A stretch of 64,000 bases of DNA from Chitinophagaceae bacterium (GTDB lineage Bacteria > Bacteroidota > Bacteroidia > Chitinophagales > Chitinophagaceae): NCBI GenBank assembly GCA_947447825.1, contig CANFLL010000007.1:10318-74317 (forward strand). The letters run 5' to 3'. Below the pieces are notes generated by a model. The model was not told the origin of the DNA. It saw only the letters and a program-made list of their open reading frames with translations, and made no database searches. The position numbers were made by a program, and so were the translations under genes. Of the stretch, positions 38,163 to 47,368 are shown one piece after another. The number at the start of each line of letters is the position of its first letter. The first letter of the stretch is position 1.

Positions 38163-40544
38163 ATGAAAAAATGGATTGCTTTTTTTGTCCTCTCAACTAC
38201 ATTCTCTTTCTCTGCTATCGCTCAAAAATATAACCCTACAAACAATGGTGTAGAGTTAGTGGTAGACTCTATAAAAATAAAAGTAGCATTTTATTCCCCA
38301 TCCATTGTTCGTATATTAAAGTGTTCAGTAACAGAAGTGCCTGATGTTAAAAACCTTGCCGTTATAAAAACTCCAGAAAAAGTATCCATTAAAATTGCAC
38401 AAAAGGAGGAATCTATTTTAGTAGAAAGTGATAAACTCCTAGTGAAAATTAATAGTAAAACTGGGCAGATAAGCTATTTCGATTCTGAAGATAAAGGTCT
38501 CCTTCAGGAAAAAGATCTAAAATTCGATTCCAAAACATTTATATCAGAAACAAAAACAAGTGTAGCCCAAAGTTTTAAATTAGATGCCACGGAGGCCATC
38601 TATGGTTTAGGGCAACATGCCAATGGAAAAATTAACCAAAGGAATCAAAGCCAATACCTAAAGCAAAGTAATATGCAAATGGCTGTTCCTTTCTTCCAAT
38701 CCACTAAAGGATATGGCTTGTATTGGGATAATTATTCAACTACAAACTATACGTCAATTGGAAATGTAGTTTCCTTTTCTTCCGAGGTAGGCAACTGTGC
38801 CGATTATTACTTTATGGTTGGCAGCAATGCCGATGCCATTATTGCAAATATGCGTTCCCTAACAGGCCAATCTCCTATGTTCCCACGTTGGACGTATGGT
38901 TTTTGGCAAAGCAGAGAACGTTACAAAACGCAATATGAATTGCTTGATGTTGTAAAAAAATATCGTTCACTTCATATTCCTCTCGATGGAATTATTCAGG
39001 ATTGGCAGTATTGGGGGGTAGATGAAAGTAATTGGAATTCTACTGAGTTTGGCAACCCTGGTTTTCCCGAACCACAACACATGGTGGATAGTGTGCACGG
39101 TATGAATGCCCATATCATCATTTCTGTTTGGCCTTCTTTTGGAAATAAAACGAAGATCTTTAAAGAATTAAAAGATAGCAATATGCTTTTCGATTTTGTT
39201 ACTTGGCCTATAAATCCGGTGGTTCAGGTATATGACCCATTTAACCCTAAGGCTCGTGACATCTATTGGAAACACCTTAAAAAGAATATCTTTTCTTTAG
39301 GCATGGACGGTTGGTGGATGGATGCCACCGAGCCAGACCAGCTTAAACCAAAACCTACTGATGATGAAAATAAAACCTTTCTTGGTTCTTTCCGTACTGT
39401 TCGTAATGCCTTCCCCTTAATGACAACGGGTGGCGTTTATCGTCACCAAAGGGAAGAAACTTCAAATAAACGGGTATTCATTTTAACGCGTTCTTCTTTT
39501 GCTGGTCAGCAACGGAATGCCACCATGACGTGGTCTGGTGATGTTCAATCTCGTTGGGATGTTTTTAGAAATCAGATTGCTGCTGGTTTAAATCTTTCTC
39601 TTTCTGGCATTCCTTATTGGAACAGTGATATTGGTGGTTTTTTTCCAAGAGGCAAATATCCAAAAGGTGTTAAAGACCCTGCTTTCAGAGAATTGTATGT
39701 TCGTTGGTTAGAGTTTGGTACATTTTGTCCAATGATGCGTTCACATGGTGAAGCCACTCCACGCGAAATTTATCAGTTTGGCAATAAAGGCGATTGGGCT
39801 TTTGATGCCATCGAAAAATTTATTAATTTCCGCTACAGGCTTCAGCCATACATTTATTCTAATGCATGGGAAATTACTTCTAAATCCTCTACTTTAATGA
39901 GGGCTTTGGTCATGGATTTTGCAAAGGATTCTTTAGTGTATAATATCAATAATGAGTATCTATTTGGGAAGTCAATCTTAGTGACTCCTGTAACAGATTC
40001 GTTCTACGTTAACAGAGCAAAAGGAGATGTTGACGTAAACATGCTAAATAATTATGCTGGTAAATTCCAAAGCCAACAAGTTTATTTACCAAAAGGTGCA
40101 GATTGGGTAGATTTCTGGACAGGGGAGAAGCTTCAAGGTGGGCAACAAACAGAAAAAGAAGTACCTATTGATCTTATTCCACTATATGTTAAGGCAGGTT
40201 CCATTATTCCTTTAGGGCCACTAAAACAGTACTGGAATGAAAAAGAGGATAATAACCTCGAAATAAGAATTTATGAAGGTGCTGACGGACAATTTACTTT
40301 GTATGAGGATGAGGGTGATAACTACAACTATGAAAAAGGAAAATTTGCCACTATCAATTTTTCTTGGAATAACAAAGACCAATCACTAACCATTGGTGAA
40401 AATAAAGGTCAGTTTACCGGAAAACTTTCAACTAGAACTTTTCAATTGGTGTTGGTTAAGCAAGGAAATGGTGTGGGAATAAGTGAGTGTAAACCCACTC
40501 AAACAATTAAGTATGAGGGCAAGAAGATGAAAGTAAAGTTTTAA
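38163..40544 (+). CDS. GH31 glycoside hydrolase (alpha-xylosidase/alpha-glucosidase type)
   Basis: 793 aa with a signal peptide. GH31 motifs DGWWMDATEPD, TWSGDV and PMMRSHG. Confidence 0.85.
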   Translation: MKKWIAFFVLSTTFSFSAIAQKYNPTNNGVELVVDSIKIKVAFYSPSIVRILKCSVTEVPDVKNLAVIKTPEKVSIKIAQKEESILVESDKLLVKINSKTGQISYFDSEDKGLLQEKDLKFDSKTFISETKTSVAQSFKLDATEAIYGLGQHANGKINQRNQSQYLKQSNMQMAVPFFQSTKGYGLYWDNYSTTNYTSIGNVVSFSSEVGNCADYYFMVGSNADAIIANMRSLTGQSPMFPRWTYGFWQSRERYKTQYELLDVVKKYRSLHIPLDGIIQDWQYWGVDESNWNSTEFGNPGFPEPQHMVDSVHGMNAHIIISVWPSFGNKTKIFKELKDSNMLFDFVTWPINPVVQVYDPFNPKARDIYWKHLKKNIFSLGMDGWWMDATEPDQLKPKPTDDENKTFLGSFRTVRNAFPLMTTGGVYRHQREETSNKRVFILTRSSFAGQQRNATMTWSGDVQSRWDVFRNQIAAGLNLSLSGIPYWNSDIGGFFPRGKYPKGVKDPAFRELYVRWLEFGTFCPMMRSHGEATPREIYQFGNKGDWAFDAIEKFINFRYRLQPYIYSNAWEITSKSSTLMRALVMDFAKDSLVYNINNEYLFGKSILVTPVTDSFYVNRAKGDVDVNMLNNYAGKFQSQQVYLPKGADWVDFWTGEKLQGGQQTEKEVPIDLIPLYVKAGSIIPLGPLKQYWNEKEDNNLEIRIYEGADGQFTLYEDEGDNYNYEKGKFATINFSWNNKDQSLTIGENKGQFTGKLSTRTFQLVLVKQGNGVGISECKPTQTIKYEGKKMKVKF

Positions 40545-40728
40545 TGGTTCTATACTGGGTTGGCATATTGAAGGATACTTAAAGGTTATTTGAATTGTGG
40601 GCTGTGTGACTGCTGAATATTCTTAGTTTGATGCGTTTTGATTGATAAAAGTATTTATACTCCCTTTAAAATCTTGCCTGAGACCGATAGAATGTTTTAT
40701 ATATTTTCGCTGTAAATAAATCTGTATA

Positions 40729-41979
40729 ATGAATAATATTTTTACAATTACTTGCTTTAGAAAAGTATTTTATTTTTTTTTATTTTCATCGTTTGTTTTA
40801 AATGCAAATGCTCAACTAACAGCCGCCTGTTATGATCTTGATACACAATTAGCAATTAAAGTTAATCTCAACAATAAGAAAGGGTATAAAATAGCAGCAA
40901 TTACTAACCTACTAAATGGGGTCGATACTAGCTTAGGTTCAGTCAGGATATTTTCATGGACATCTAACGGTAGCCCTTATTTTGGTAGAACTTTAATGCA
41001 GTTCGATTTAAAATCAATTCCTACTAATGCCTATATAAACAGTGCTAAACTGTATTTATATGCAAAAACAACTGGCACAGGAGAAGGCGTTGTAGGGCAA
41101 CCAACTTATGGAAGTAAAAACACTTCATTGGTTCAAAAAATTATCAGTACTTGGCAAACTAGTACCCTCAGTTTTAATAATGCCCCTACCATTGACACCG
41201 TTGGACAAAAGATTTTGAATCAAAGCGTCAACACTGCTGAAAATTATGTAATAGACCTGACTGATTTTACCCAAAAGTGGGTGAATATGCCAGATAGCAA
41301 TTTTGGCGTTTTATTGAGAATGCAAACAGAAAATAATCCGTACAATTCCATGTTATTTGAATGTGGAGCAGCATCAGATTCTAACAAAAACGTTCGATTG
41401 GAAATTTGTTATTTCGCACCATTACCAATTTCCTTGTTTGCTTTTGATGCAAACGTTAATAATGATTTAGTGAACTTAAACTGGATTATTAGTGATGCGA
41501 AGAATGCCATTTCAATAGTAGAAAAAAGTACTGATGGAATCAATTTCTCAGTTGCAGGTTCGTTAAAAGGAATGGTAGTAAATAATACCAGTAAATATTC
41601 TTTTGTAGATAAAACAACTATTTTCACAATTGAATACTACCGAATAAAAGTAATGAGTGCAGCAGGCTTTTATGAGTATAGTAAAACAATTAAAGTTATT
41701 CCTAACACAATTAATTCAATTTTTTCAAATACCCTAATCTATCCCAATCCTATTTCCAATTCAGATTTAAATATACGTCTCAATCTAATAAAAGATCAAC
41801 TATTAAATATTGGAGTATATGATATGAAAGGAAAGCAAGTTTATTTTAAAAAAGTGTTTAAACAAAAGGGGGTAAATTCTTTTTCAATTCCTTGTTTCAA
41901 TGATCTAAGTGCGGGTTTATATACTCTAAATATTGTTTCAGATACTGAATTAATTACTAAAAAAGTATTGAAGCAATAA
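40729..41979 (+). CDS. T9SS-secreted protein with N-terminal DNRLRE-like domain, pre-CTD module and type-A CTD
   Basis: GRTLMQFDLKSIP...INSAKLYLYA...FGVLLRM has a DNRLRE-domain pattern. C-terminal LIYPNPISNSDLNIRL...GLYTLNIVSD...KKVLKQ. Confidence 0.8.
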   Translation: MNNIFTITCFRKVFYFFLFSSFVLNANAQLTAACYDLDTQLAIKVNLNNKKGYKIAAITNLLNGVDTSLGSVRIFSWTSNGSPYFGRTLMQFDLKSIPTNAYINSAKLYLYAKTTGTGEGVVGQPTYGSKNTSLVQKIISTWQTSTLSFNNAPTIDTVGQKILNQSVNTAENYVIDLTDFTQKWVNMPDSNFGVLLRMQTENNPYNSMLFECGAASDSNKNVRLEICYFAPLPISLFAFDANVNNDLVNLNWIISDAKNAISIVEKSTDGINFSVAGSLKGMVVNNTSKYSFVDKTTIFTIEYYRIKVMSAAGFYEYSKTIKVIPNTINSIFSNTLIYPNPISNSDLNIRLNLIKDQLLNIGVYDMKGKQVYFKKVFKQKGVNSFSIPCFNDLSAGLYTLNIVSDTELITKKVLKQ

Positions 41980-42062
41980 TGGACAACTTAAGAGAAAAGT
42001 TTTGAATTAAATTGAAGAGTAAAAGACTAAACTTTTCTTTTATCCTTAGCCTTAAATTGATA

Positions 42063-42104
42063 GTAAAATGTCCTAAAGTTTTAGGTCTTTATTTTACTTT
42101 TTTA
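42063..42104 (+). terminator. Probable terminator of the 40729..41979 gene
   Basis: Compound hairpin gtaaaat..cctaaagttttagg..attttac followed by TTTTTT. Confidence 0.45.
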
Positions 42105-42495
42105 TTATGAGTTTCTAGCATAAAATATAAATAGAATAAGTTGATTGAGTGAATGATTTGTGACAAATGCAATATAATGTGTGGTCATTTTTTTTTGCCA
42201 TAATTATTGGTATATATGTATATCAACATTTAGTAACTAAGTCACTTTCACACGCCTATTTCAACTTTTGATTCACATACCTTCTTCTAAAAAAGTGATC
42301 CCCTAAGCTAAAAAGTTGCTTTACTGTATCAATACCCTTTTGTTACATTTAATTTCAAAGTACCCTCTTGCTATTTGTGCTTAAAGTTTAGAATTTTATA
42401 GTCTTTTCAAGATTTTCAATGAGGTTATCCCTGTAAATAATGCATCGATTACTAGGGTGATTTTTTTCTGTTAAATAAACAGTAATGAAATGTGT

Positions 42496-43668
42496 TTATT
42501 TATAGCGTCCCACCGAAAGTGCAAACATACTTGTTGACTTATTCTCCGAAACTAGTCTGATGTTGATGCTCGTATCTTTAGTTTTTGCTTTAGTTACAAT
42601 GCCAGTTGGCATATCATCTGTTTTAGTAGTAGATATTAAAACAGTACCATGCCCAATGCCACTTGTTTGGTGTCTTGAATCATCAAAATGCGCTTCTAAT
42701 CCTGAGTCATCAATAACGTTTATTGCATACATATTGTAGAGGTCTAATACTTTCGTAATTTCCGCAGTTGAGGCATTAGGATAATAATACCTTAATCCAT
42801 CTGCATCTAATAATTTGGGTGCATGGTCTATCACCATAAAGTGACCATTATATTTTGTTCCAGGGCCATTGCCAAAAACCAGAATGTCACCAGATAATGA
42901 TTTGGCAAAACCTCCTTTTTTAATGCCATTATAACCATTCACCTTTGCGTTTTTTGTGTGGTTATACTCGTCAATAGCCGTAAAATCTATGTTTCCTGCC
43001 ACATAACTCCATCCTTTTTTAGCATCTGTAGGAAGTGTTGGCAATGCAACAGAAAAAGAATAGGCAGTGGAAACATATCCCTTAGATGAGGAAATAGTGG
43101 TATGGTTTTGTTTTAATGTGTTTAATAATTCTAAATAAGCATTGTTGTTAGCACTGCCATCCCCCACGGCAGCAAGTAAGCGACTACCAAAGCCCACACA
43201 ATCTACTGTTGCATTAAAAGTTTTGGTGGTACTATCATAAAGTGCATTCGGACAACTACGTGGCCAAATATTGCTAATATTATGTAGGTTATATTTTCCA
43301 TAACTATCCGCTTTAACAGTGTAGTCATGGAATGCTTTTGAAGGATCTTTAGCAGGATTCCAATACTGTTGAGTTACATGAAAAGTGTTGCCATTATATA
43401 ATAAGTTGGTATCATTAACTGTTAAACCAGACAATTTAAAAAAGCCTTGTTGCAACAGAAAGGGATTAGCAATGCCTTTGGCAGCATCTAATATTGTAGG
43501 ATAAAATGCCGTATTGTATTTGTTCGGATCAAAAGATGGTGCTGTAGAAACACTTGCCAATACCGGACTAGCAATTTGTGCTTTCTGTGAAATGTTTGAA
43601 GGGTGCATGTTGGGATTGCAACCAACCAAAATTGCAGTAATTAGTAAAATAGATAGGTTAACTTTCAT
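42496..43668 (-). CDS. Hypothetical lipoprotein; possible distant papain-fold (NlpC/P60/CHAP-like) hydrolase
   Basis: Lipobox (ILVGCNPN). Candidate catalytic pair: VDCVGFGSRLL (compare NlpC/P60 DCSGF) and GDILVFGNGPGTKYNGHFMVIDH (compare GDLVFF....HVGIY). The Cys-His spacing is unusually long. Confidence 0.75.
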   Translation of the reverse strand: MKVNLSILLITAILVGCNPNMHPSNISQKAQIASPVLASVSTAPSFDPNKYNTAFYPTILDAAKGIANPFLLQQGFFKLSGLTVNDTNLLYNGNTFHVTQQYWNPAKDPSKAFHDYTVKADSYGKYNLHNISNIWPRSCPNALYDSTTKTFNATVDCVGFGSRLLAAVGDGSANNNAYLELLNTLKQNHTTISSSKGYVSTAYSFSVALPTLPTDAKKGWSYVAGNIDFTAIDEYNHTKNAKVNGYNGIKKGGFAKSLSGDILVFGNGPGTKYNGHFMVIDHAPKLLDADGLRYYYPNASTAEITKVLDLYNMYAINVIDDSGLEAHFDDSRHQTSGIGHGTVLISTTKTDDMPTGIVTKAKTKDTSINIRLVSENKSTSMFALSVGRYK

Positions 43669-43966
43669 GTTTGAACTTAATTTTTAATACTACAATAAAT
43701 GCCACTTAAAATTGTGCAGTAGGCTGTTTAGGTAAGTGTACTGTTTGCATTTTTTGTAATACTTTTTTTCTCTATGCACCGAACTCCATGTTTATTTAAT
43801 AGTTCTTTTTTTGTTCATCAACTTTAAGGTAATTGAATGGGTCAATTTTTTAATTTATAGAATAAAGTTTGTTTTTTTATTGATATGCTCATGCTTCCCT
43901 CGTGTTTCGTTGCCATCTATAAATGTAAAAGTGATGAAGTTCTGCATAAAAAATATTGGCTTTTTC

Positions 43967-44019
43967 CAACAAACAAAACACCCTAAGCTGCACATTTCCA
44001 AATGTGTTGCTTAGGGTGT
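43967..44019 (-). terminator. Rho-independent terminator of the 44080..44655 OMP gene
   Basis: About 21-bp near-perfect hairpin (acaccctaagc...gcttagggtgt), followed on the minus strand by TTTTGTTTGTT. Confidence 0.7.
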
Positions 44020-44079
44020 ATAAATAATAGTTATAAGGAAAAACTATACTATTTATCCTAGATTAATCTTGTTATTATA

Positions 44080-44655
44080 TTACAATAGTTTAATGCCAAC
44101 GCCCAATTCAAGTTGTTGAGATTTCCAATTTCCTGCACTTGAAACATTGCTAATATCACTTAGTCCAACAACATAGCGACCATAAGCTCTTAAAGAACTA
44201 AAGTGCACTTGTAATCCAACTACCCCTGATACATTTCCACTTTTAAACGCATTTTGACCGTTGCTTTGTAAGTCACTATTATTATTTAATAAAATGCCAT
44301 ATTGTGGTCCAAGATTCAGTGTAAATAGTTTAGCAAAATTGTACCTTAACAAGATAGGGATAGAAAGATAGTTTAGTTTAACATCAGTGCTTACTGCTGG
44401 TACGCCAGGAAGACCAACTGAGTATGATGAACTAGTTTGACTAAACAGTAACTCTGGTTGTACACCAATTTTGCCTAAAAGGTCTAATTCGGCAAACGCT
44501 CCAGCCTGATAAGATAACTTATAGCCGCTTTCAAACGATTGACCATCTATTTTGGTGCCTATTGCGCCAGCTTTAACACCAAGTGCAATGCTTTGTGCAT
44601 TCACAGAAACTGCAATAGCAATTATTGCCACTGTTGATAAAAATAATTTCTTCAT
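44080..44655 (-). CDS. Outer-membrane beta-barrel protein (OMP_b-brl_2/PorT-like porin family)
   Basis: Signal peptide ending VNAQ, GVKAGA start, LNYLSIPILLRY motif, and an alternating beta-strand pattern. Confidence 0.8.
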   Translation of the reverse strand: MKKLFLSTVAIIAIAVSVNAQSIALGVKAGAIGTKIDGQSFESGYKLSYQAGAFAELDLLGKIGVQPELLFSQTSSSYSVGLPGVPAVSTDVKLNYLSIPILLRYNFAKLFTLNLGPQYGILLNNNSDLQSNGQNAFKSGNVSGVVGLQVHFSSLRAYGRYVVGLSDISNVSSAGNWKSQQLELGVGIKLL

Positions 44656-45228
44656 AATTGTATTTTTTGTTTTTGCAAATATGCCAATTATTATACCAAA
44701 ATCTATTTTAACCTAGTGTGTGCTGCTAATGATTAGGCATTTTTAAGTATTCTATAAGGAATAAGTGACAAAGCTGCCCTCTAAGATAAAAGTTATCAAT
44801 AAACTGAAAGAGACAAATTGTCTATTTTTAATCCTGAAATGGTGGGCAGCATAGTTGTCATTAACAACATTAAATAAGGGTTTAACTAAGCTAAAAAGTT
44901 CAAAGACTTCCATTATTGTTTAGTTCTGTTATTCTGTATAGGTACAGGCATTACCATGAATAGCTAAAACATGTTTAGCAATTCATACTAGCTAGGTTTA
45001 TTTAAAAAAACAAATAATACCACAAAGACACAGTAGGCACCTATCATTTTAAAAGAGTTCACGTAAACTAATATTTAAAAAACGGGTTACTTTTTTTATA
45101 TGCCTATCTATATGAACCTAAAGGGCAATTTTTTTTATCTGAATTTTCTTTTTCTATGTGCCTATTTTGCCTTTATGGTAAATTGATATTTGAGAATATA
45201 GTATTATTCAACATCCAAAAACAATAAT

Positions 45229-45592
45229 GGCTATCTGCTATTGGGTAATTCGCTTACATTTTTTCCATCGTCTTTGCGTCATTGTAATGATAGGAGAAAT
45301 CTAAAAGAACCAAGTAGGTAATACGATAACATTAAGCCTCTCCTATTATTCCATCAGATTTTTCCTATGGTTACAATGATGAGGATTGTTTGCCTCTTCA
45401 ACATTGTAGAGACGGATATTAATCCGTCTTAAAATGATTAATCAGTTTTTCAATTTGCTTTGCAAATAAGACGGATTAATATCCGTCTCTACAATTTTAT
45501 GTCATTATCTTTTTTTTCTGGTGCGCCAGATGAACCATTCAAAATGATGTTCACTGGTTCCAAAAATGGTTATTACCCAATAGCGGATAGTT
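45229..45592 (+). repeat. Copy A of a structured ~195-nt element (MITE-like or ncRNA-like), interrupted by a ~170-bp insert
   Basis: Terminal inverted repeat ggctatctgctattgggtaat / attacccaatagcggatagtt. Internal 19-bp helix gtaatgataggagaaatct / agatttttcctatggttac. Roughly 75-80% identical to copy B, estimated from a hand alignment. Confidence 0.75.
45403..45495. repeat. Perfect 28-bp inverted repeat with 37-bp spacer, nested inside element copy A
   Basis: attgtagagacggatattaatccgtctt (45403..45430) is the exact reverse complement of 45468..45495. Each arm is itself a 7-bp hairpin (gacggat-atta-atccgtc). Confidence 0.9.
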
Positions 45593-45621
45593 ATTAAAAC
45601 ATTAACACCAATTTTATACCC

Positions 45622-46021
45622 TATAAAAGGAACTTTTTATCTTAGAGAAGGAACATTTTATCCTAGGGAAGGAACTTTTTATCCTAGGGAAGGAGCTTTT
45701 TATCCTAGTGAAGCAACTTTTTATCCTAGTGAAGCAACTTGTTCTCATGCTTAAGCAACTTTTAATTTTAGTGAAGGAACTTTTTTTCTTAAGGAAGGAA
45801 CATTTTATCCTAGGGAAGGAACATTTTCTCATAGAGTAATGGCTTATTCCTCCACAGTAATGAAGTTTTCCTGTACAGTAAATACTTTTTACTCTACAGG
45901 AAAATGATTTTACTGGTCAGGAAAACGATTTTAATGTACAGGAAAACAGTTTTACTGTAGAGGAAAATGATTTTACTGTACAGTAAAATGATTTTACTGT
46001 ACAGTAATGGTCCATTACTCA
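45622..46021. repeat. Tandem array of ~19 degenerate 21-bp units with phased T-tracts
   Basis: GGAAC/GCAAC cores at 45629, 45650, ... 45818 and ACAG cores at 45854, 45875, ... 46001, all at exact 21-bp spacing. Contains a 20-bp perfect palindrome at 45970..45989. Confidence 0.9.
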
Positions 46022-46221
46022 CCAGAAAAAATGGGGTCTGTTATGGTAAAAAGATGCTACAAACCATGCTGGCATTGATAAGTGGTTTTTAAATATAAAA
46101 ATTTAGTATAAAAAATTAAAAATGAATAAAATATAAATTAAAAATAATTTAAAAATATCAATAGGTATCGCATTAATAAGCTTAGTTTTACAGTATTGTA
46201 ATAACAATAAAATGAATCATC

Positions 46222-46848
46222 ATGGGAAAAGCTCAAGTTTCGGTAGATTATTCAAATAACAAGTACACCGACGATGAGTTGGTGACAGAGTGCAACAGTG
46301 TACACAGTAAAATGTCTGGAAATTTACATTTCCCTGATCCTAAACCTACAATGGTAGAATTGGCAGCAGGCATTAAAGCTTTTAGTGACTCAAAGGTTGC
46401 AGCAACAGGTGGGTCAACAACCTTAACGGCTGTGAAAAACGAGAACAGAGTATTGCTAGAAGCGCAAATGGCAGAAGAAGGTGTTACTGTGCAGGAGGCA
46501 AGTGGGGGAGTAGCGTCTATTATTTTATCGAGCGGTATGCACCTCTATAAAATACCTGGCCTAATTGGGGAACTAGGAATGGTTACAGGGTTTGTTGTAA
46601 AAACAAATGATGTAAAAAACAAGGTTACTGGCAGTTGCGACGCAATGGAAAACGCCACATTTTATGAACTGCTATATACCCCTGCACCAGAAACAAGTGC
46701 TAGTATTTGGCAAACAAAAACATCAACCAAAAGCTCCATAACTATTTCTGGGTTGCCTAGTTTTATTCCCTATGTTTTTAAAATGTGTGCTTGTGGCAGT
46801 AATGATGCGCGCAACTATACTAATGGAATTACCAAGGCTGCGGAATAG
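46222..46848 (+). CDS. Hypothetical protein with helical N-terminal half and Fn3-like C-terminal half
   Basis: 208-aa ORF without a signal peptide. The C-terminus has an Fn3-like pattern (FYELLYTP...WQTKTST.SSITISGL...YVFKM.A). A strong terminator follows. Confidence 0.65.
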   Translation: MGKAQVSVDYSNNKYTDDELVTECNSVHSKMSGNLHFPDPKPTMVELAAGIKAFSDSKVAATGGSTTLTAVKNENRVLLEAQMAEEGVTVQEASGGVASIILSSGMHLYKIPGLIGELGMVTGFVVKTNDVKNKVTGSCDAMENATFYELLYTPAPETSASIWQTKTSTKSSITISGLPSFIPYVFKMCACGSNDARNYTNGITKAAE

Positions 46849-46887
46849 AAGTTTTTACGGAAAGGGAAGTGCAATGAATATATAAAG

Positions 46888-46932
46888 GGTTGGCAACAAG
46901 TGTTTAACTACACTGTTGCCAACCTTTTTTTT
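46888..46932 (+). terminator. Rho-independent terminator between convergent genes
   Basis: 11-bp perfect stem ggttggcaaca/tgttgccaacc followed by T8. Confidence 0.8.
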
Positions 46933-46948
46933 GTATTAGATTATTTGC

Positions 46949-47368
46949 TTATTTTTCTTTTGATAAAAACTTTCCATTGCTATCAAATAAAATATCTTTT
47001 CCCTTCACCTCAGCTTCAAACTGTATGTCGCCATTGGGTTTTGTGATGTGCGCCATTTCCACAATTTTTACTCCTTTATAATTACTAGTTAAATAGTCAG
47101 TAGCAGCTTTTGGAAGCTCGGCAAATTTTATGGCATATTCGGATTGCACTAAGGTGCCAGAAGGTGCAATAACCAACGTCATTTTTTTAGCATCCTTGTC
47201 AAAAGTAACCTCATAGTTTCCATCTTCTTTCACCCATTTACCTTCTGTGCTAGGGTAGCTTTTAGAAAAAGTTGTTTTTACAGATGCTGGAACTTTCGAT
47301 TCATTGATTTTTTGTGCAGATACGTAAAACGTACTCACGGTGAAGCATAAAAACAGTAATTTTTTCAT
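46949..47368 (-). CDS. PepSY-like (DUF2874, putative beta-lactamase-inhibitor-like) periplasmic protein
   Basis: Signal peptide plus two repeats of the PepSY-like pattern (VPASVKTTFSKSYP...W.KEDGNYEV; LPKAATDYLTSNYKG..I.E......NGDIQFEAEV). Confidence 0.75.
   Translation of the reverse strand: MKKLLFLCFTVSTFYVSAQKINESKVPASVKTTFSKSYPSTEGKWVKEDGNYEVTFDKDAKKMTLVIAPSGTLVQSEYAIKFAELPKAATDYLTSNYKGVKIVEMAHITKPNGDIQFEAEVKGKDILFDSNGKFLSKEK

Noticed and set aside
45614-45832. 72-aa basic ORF (RIKSSFP repeats).
   Set aside because: It lies inside the 21-bp array, has heptad periodicity that follows from the DNA repeat, and has no flanking unique coding sequence.
45970-45989. LexA/SOS box, because of the TACTGTACAGTA palindrome.
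   Set aside because: The E. coli-type box is CTGT-N8-ACAG, and here the half-sites abut with no spacer. The palindrome arises from the junction of two repeat units. No DNA-repair gene is adjacent.
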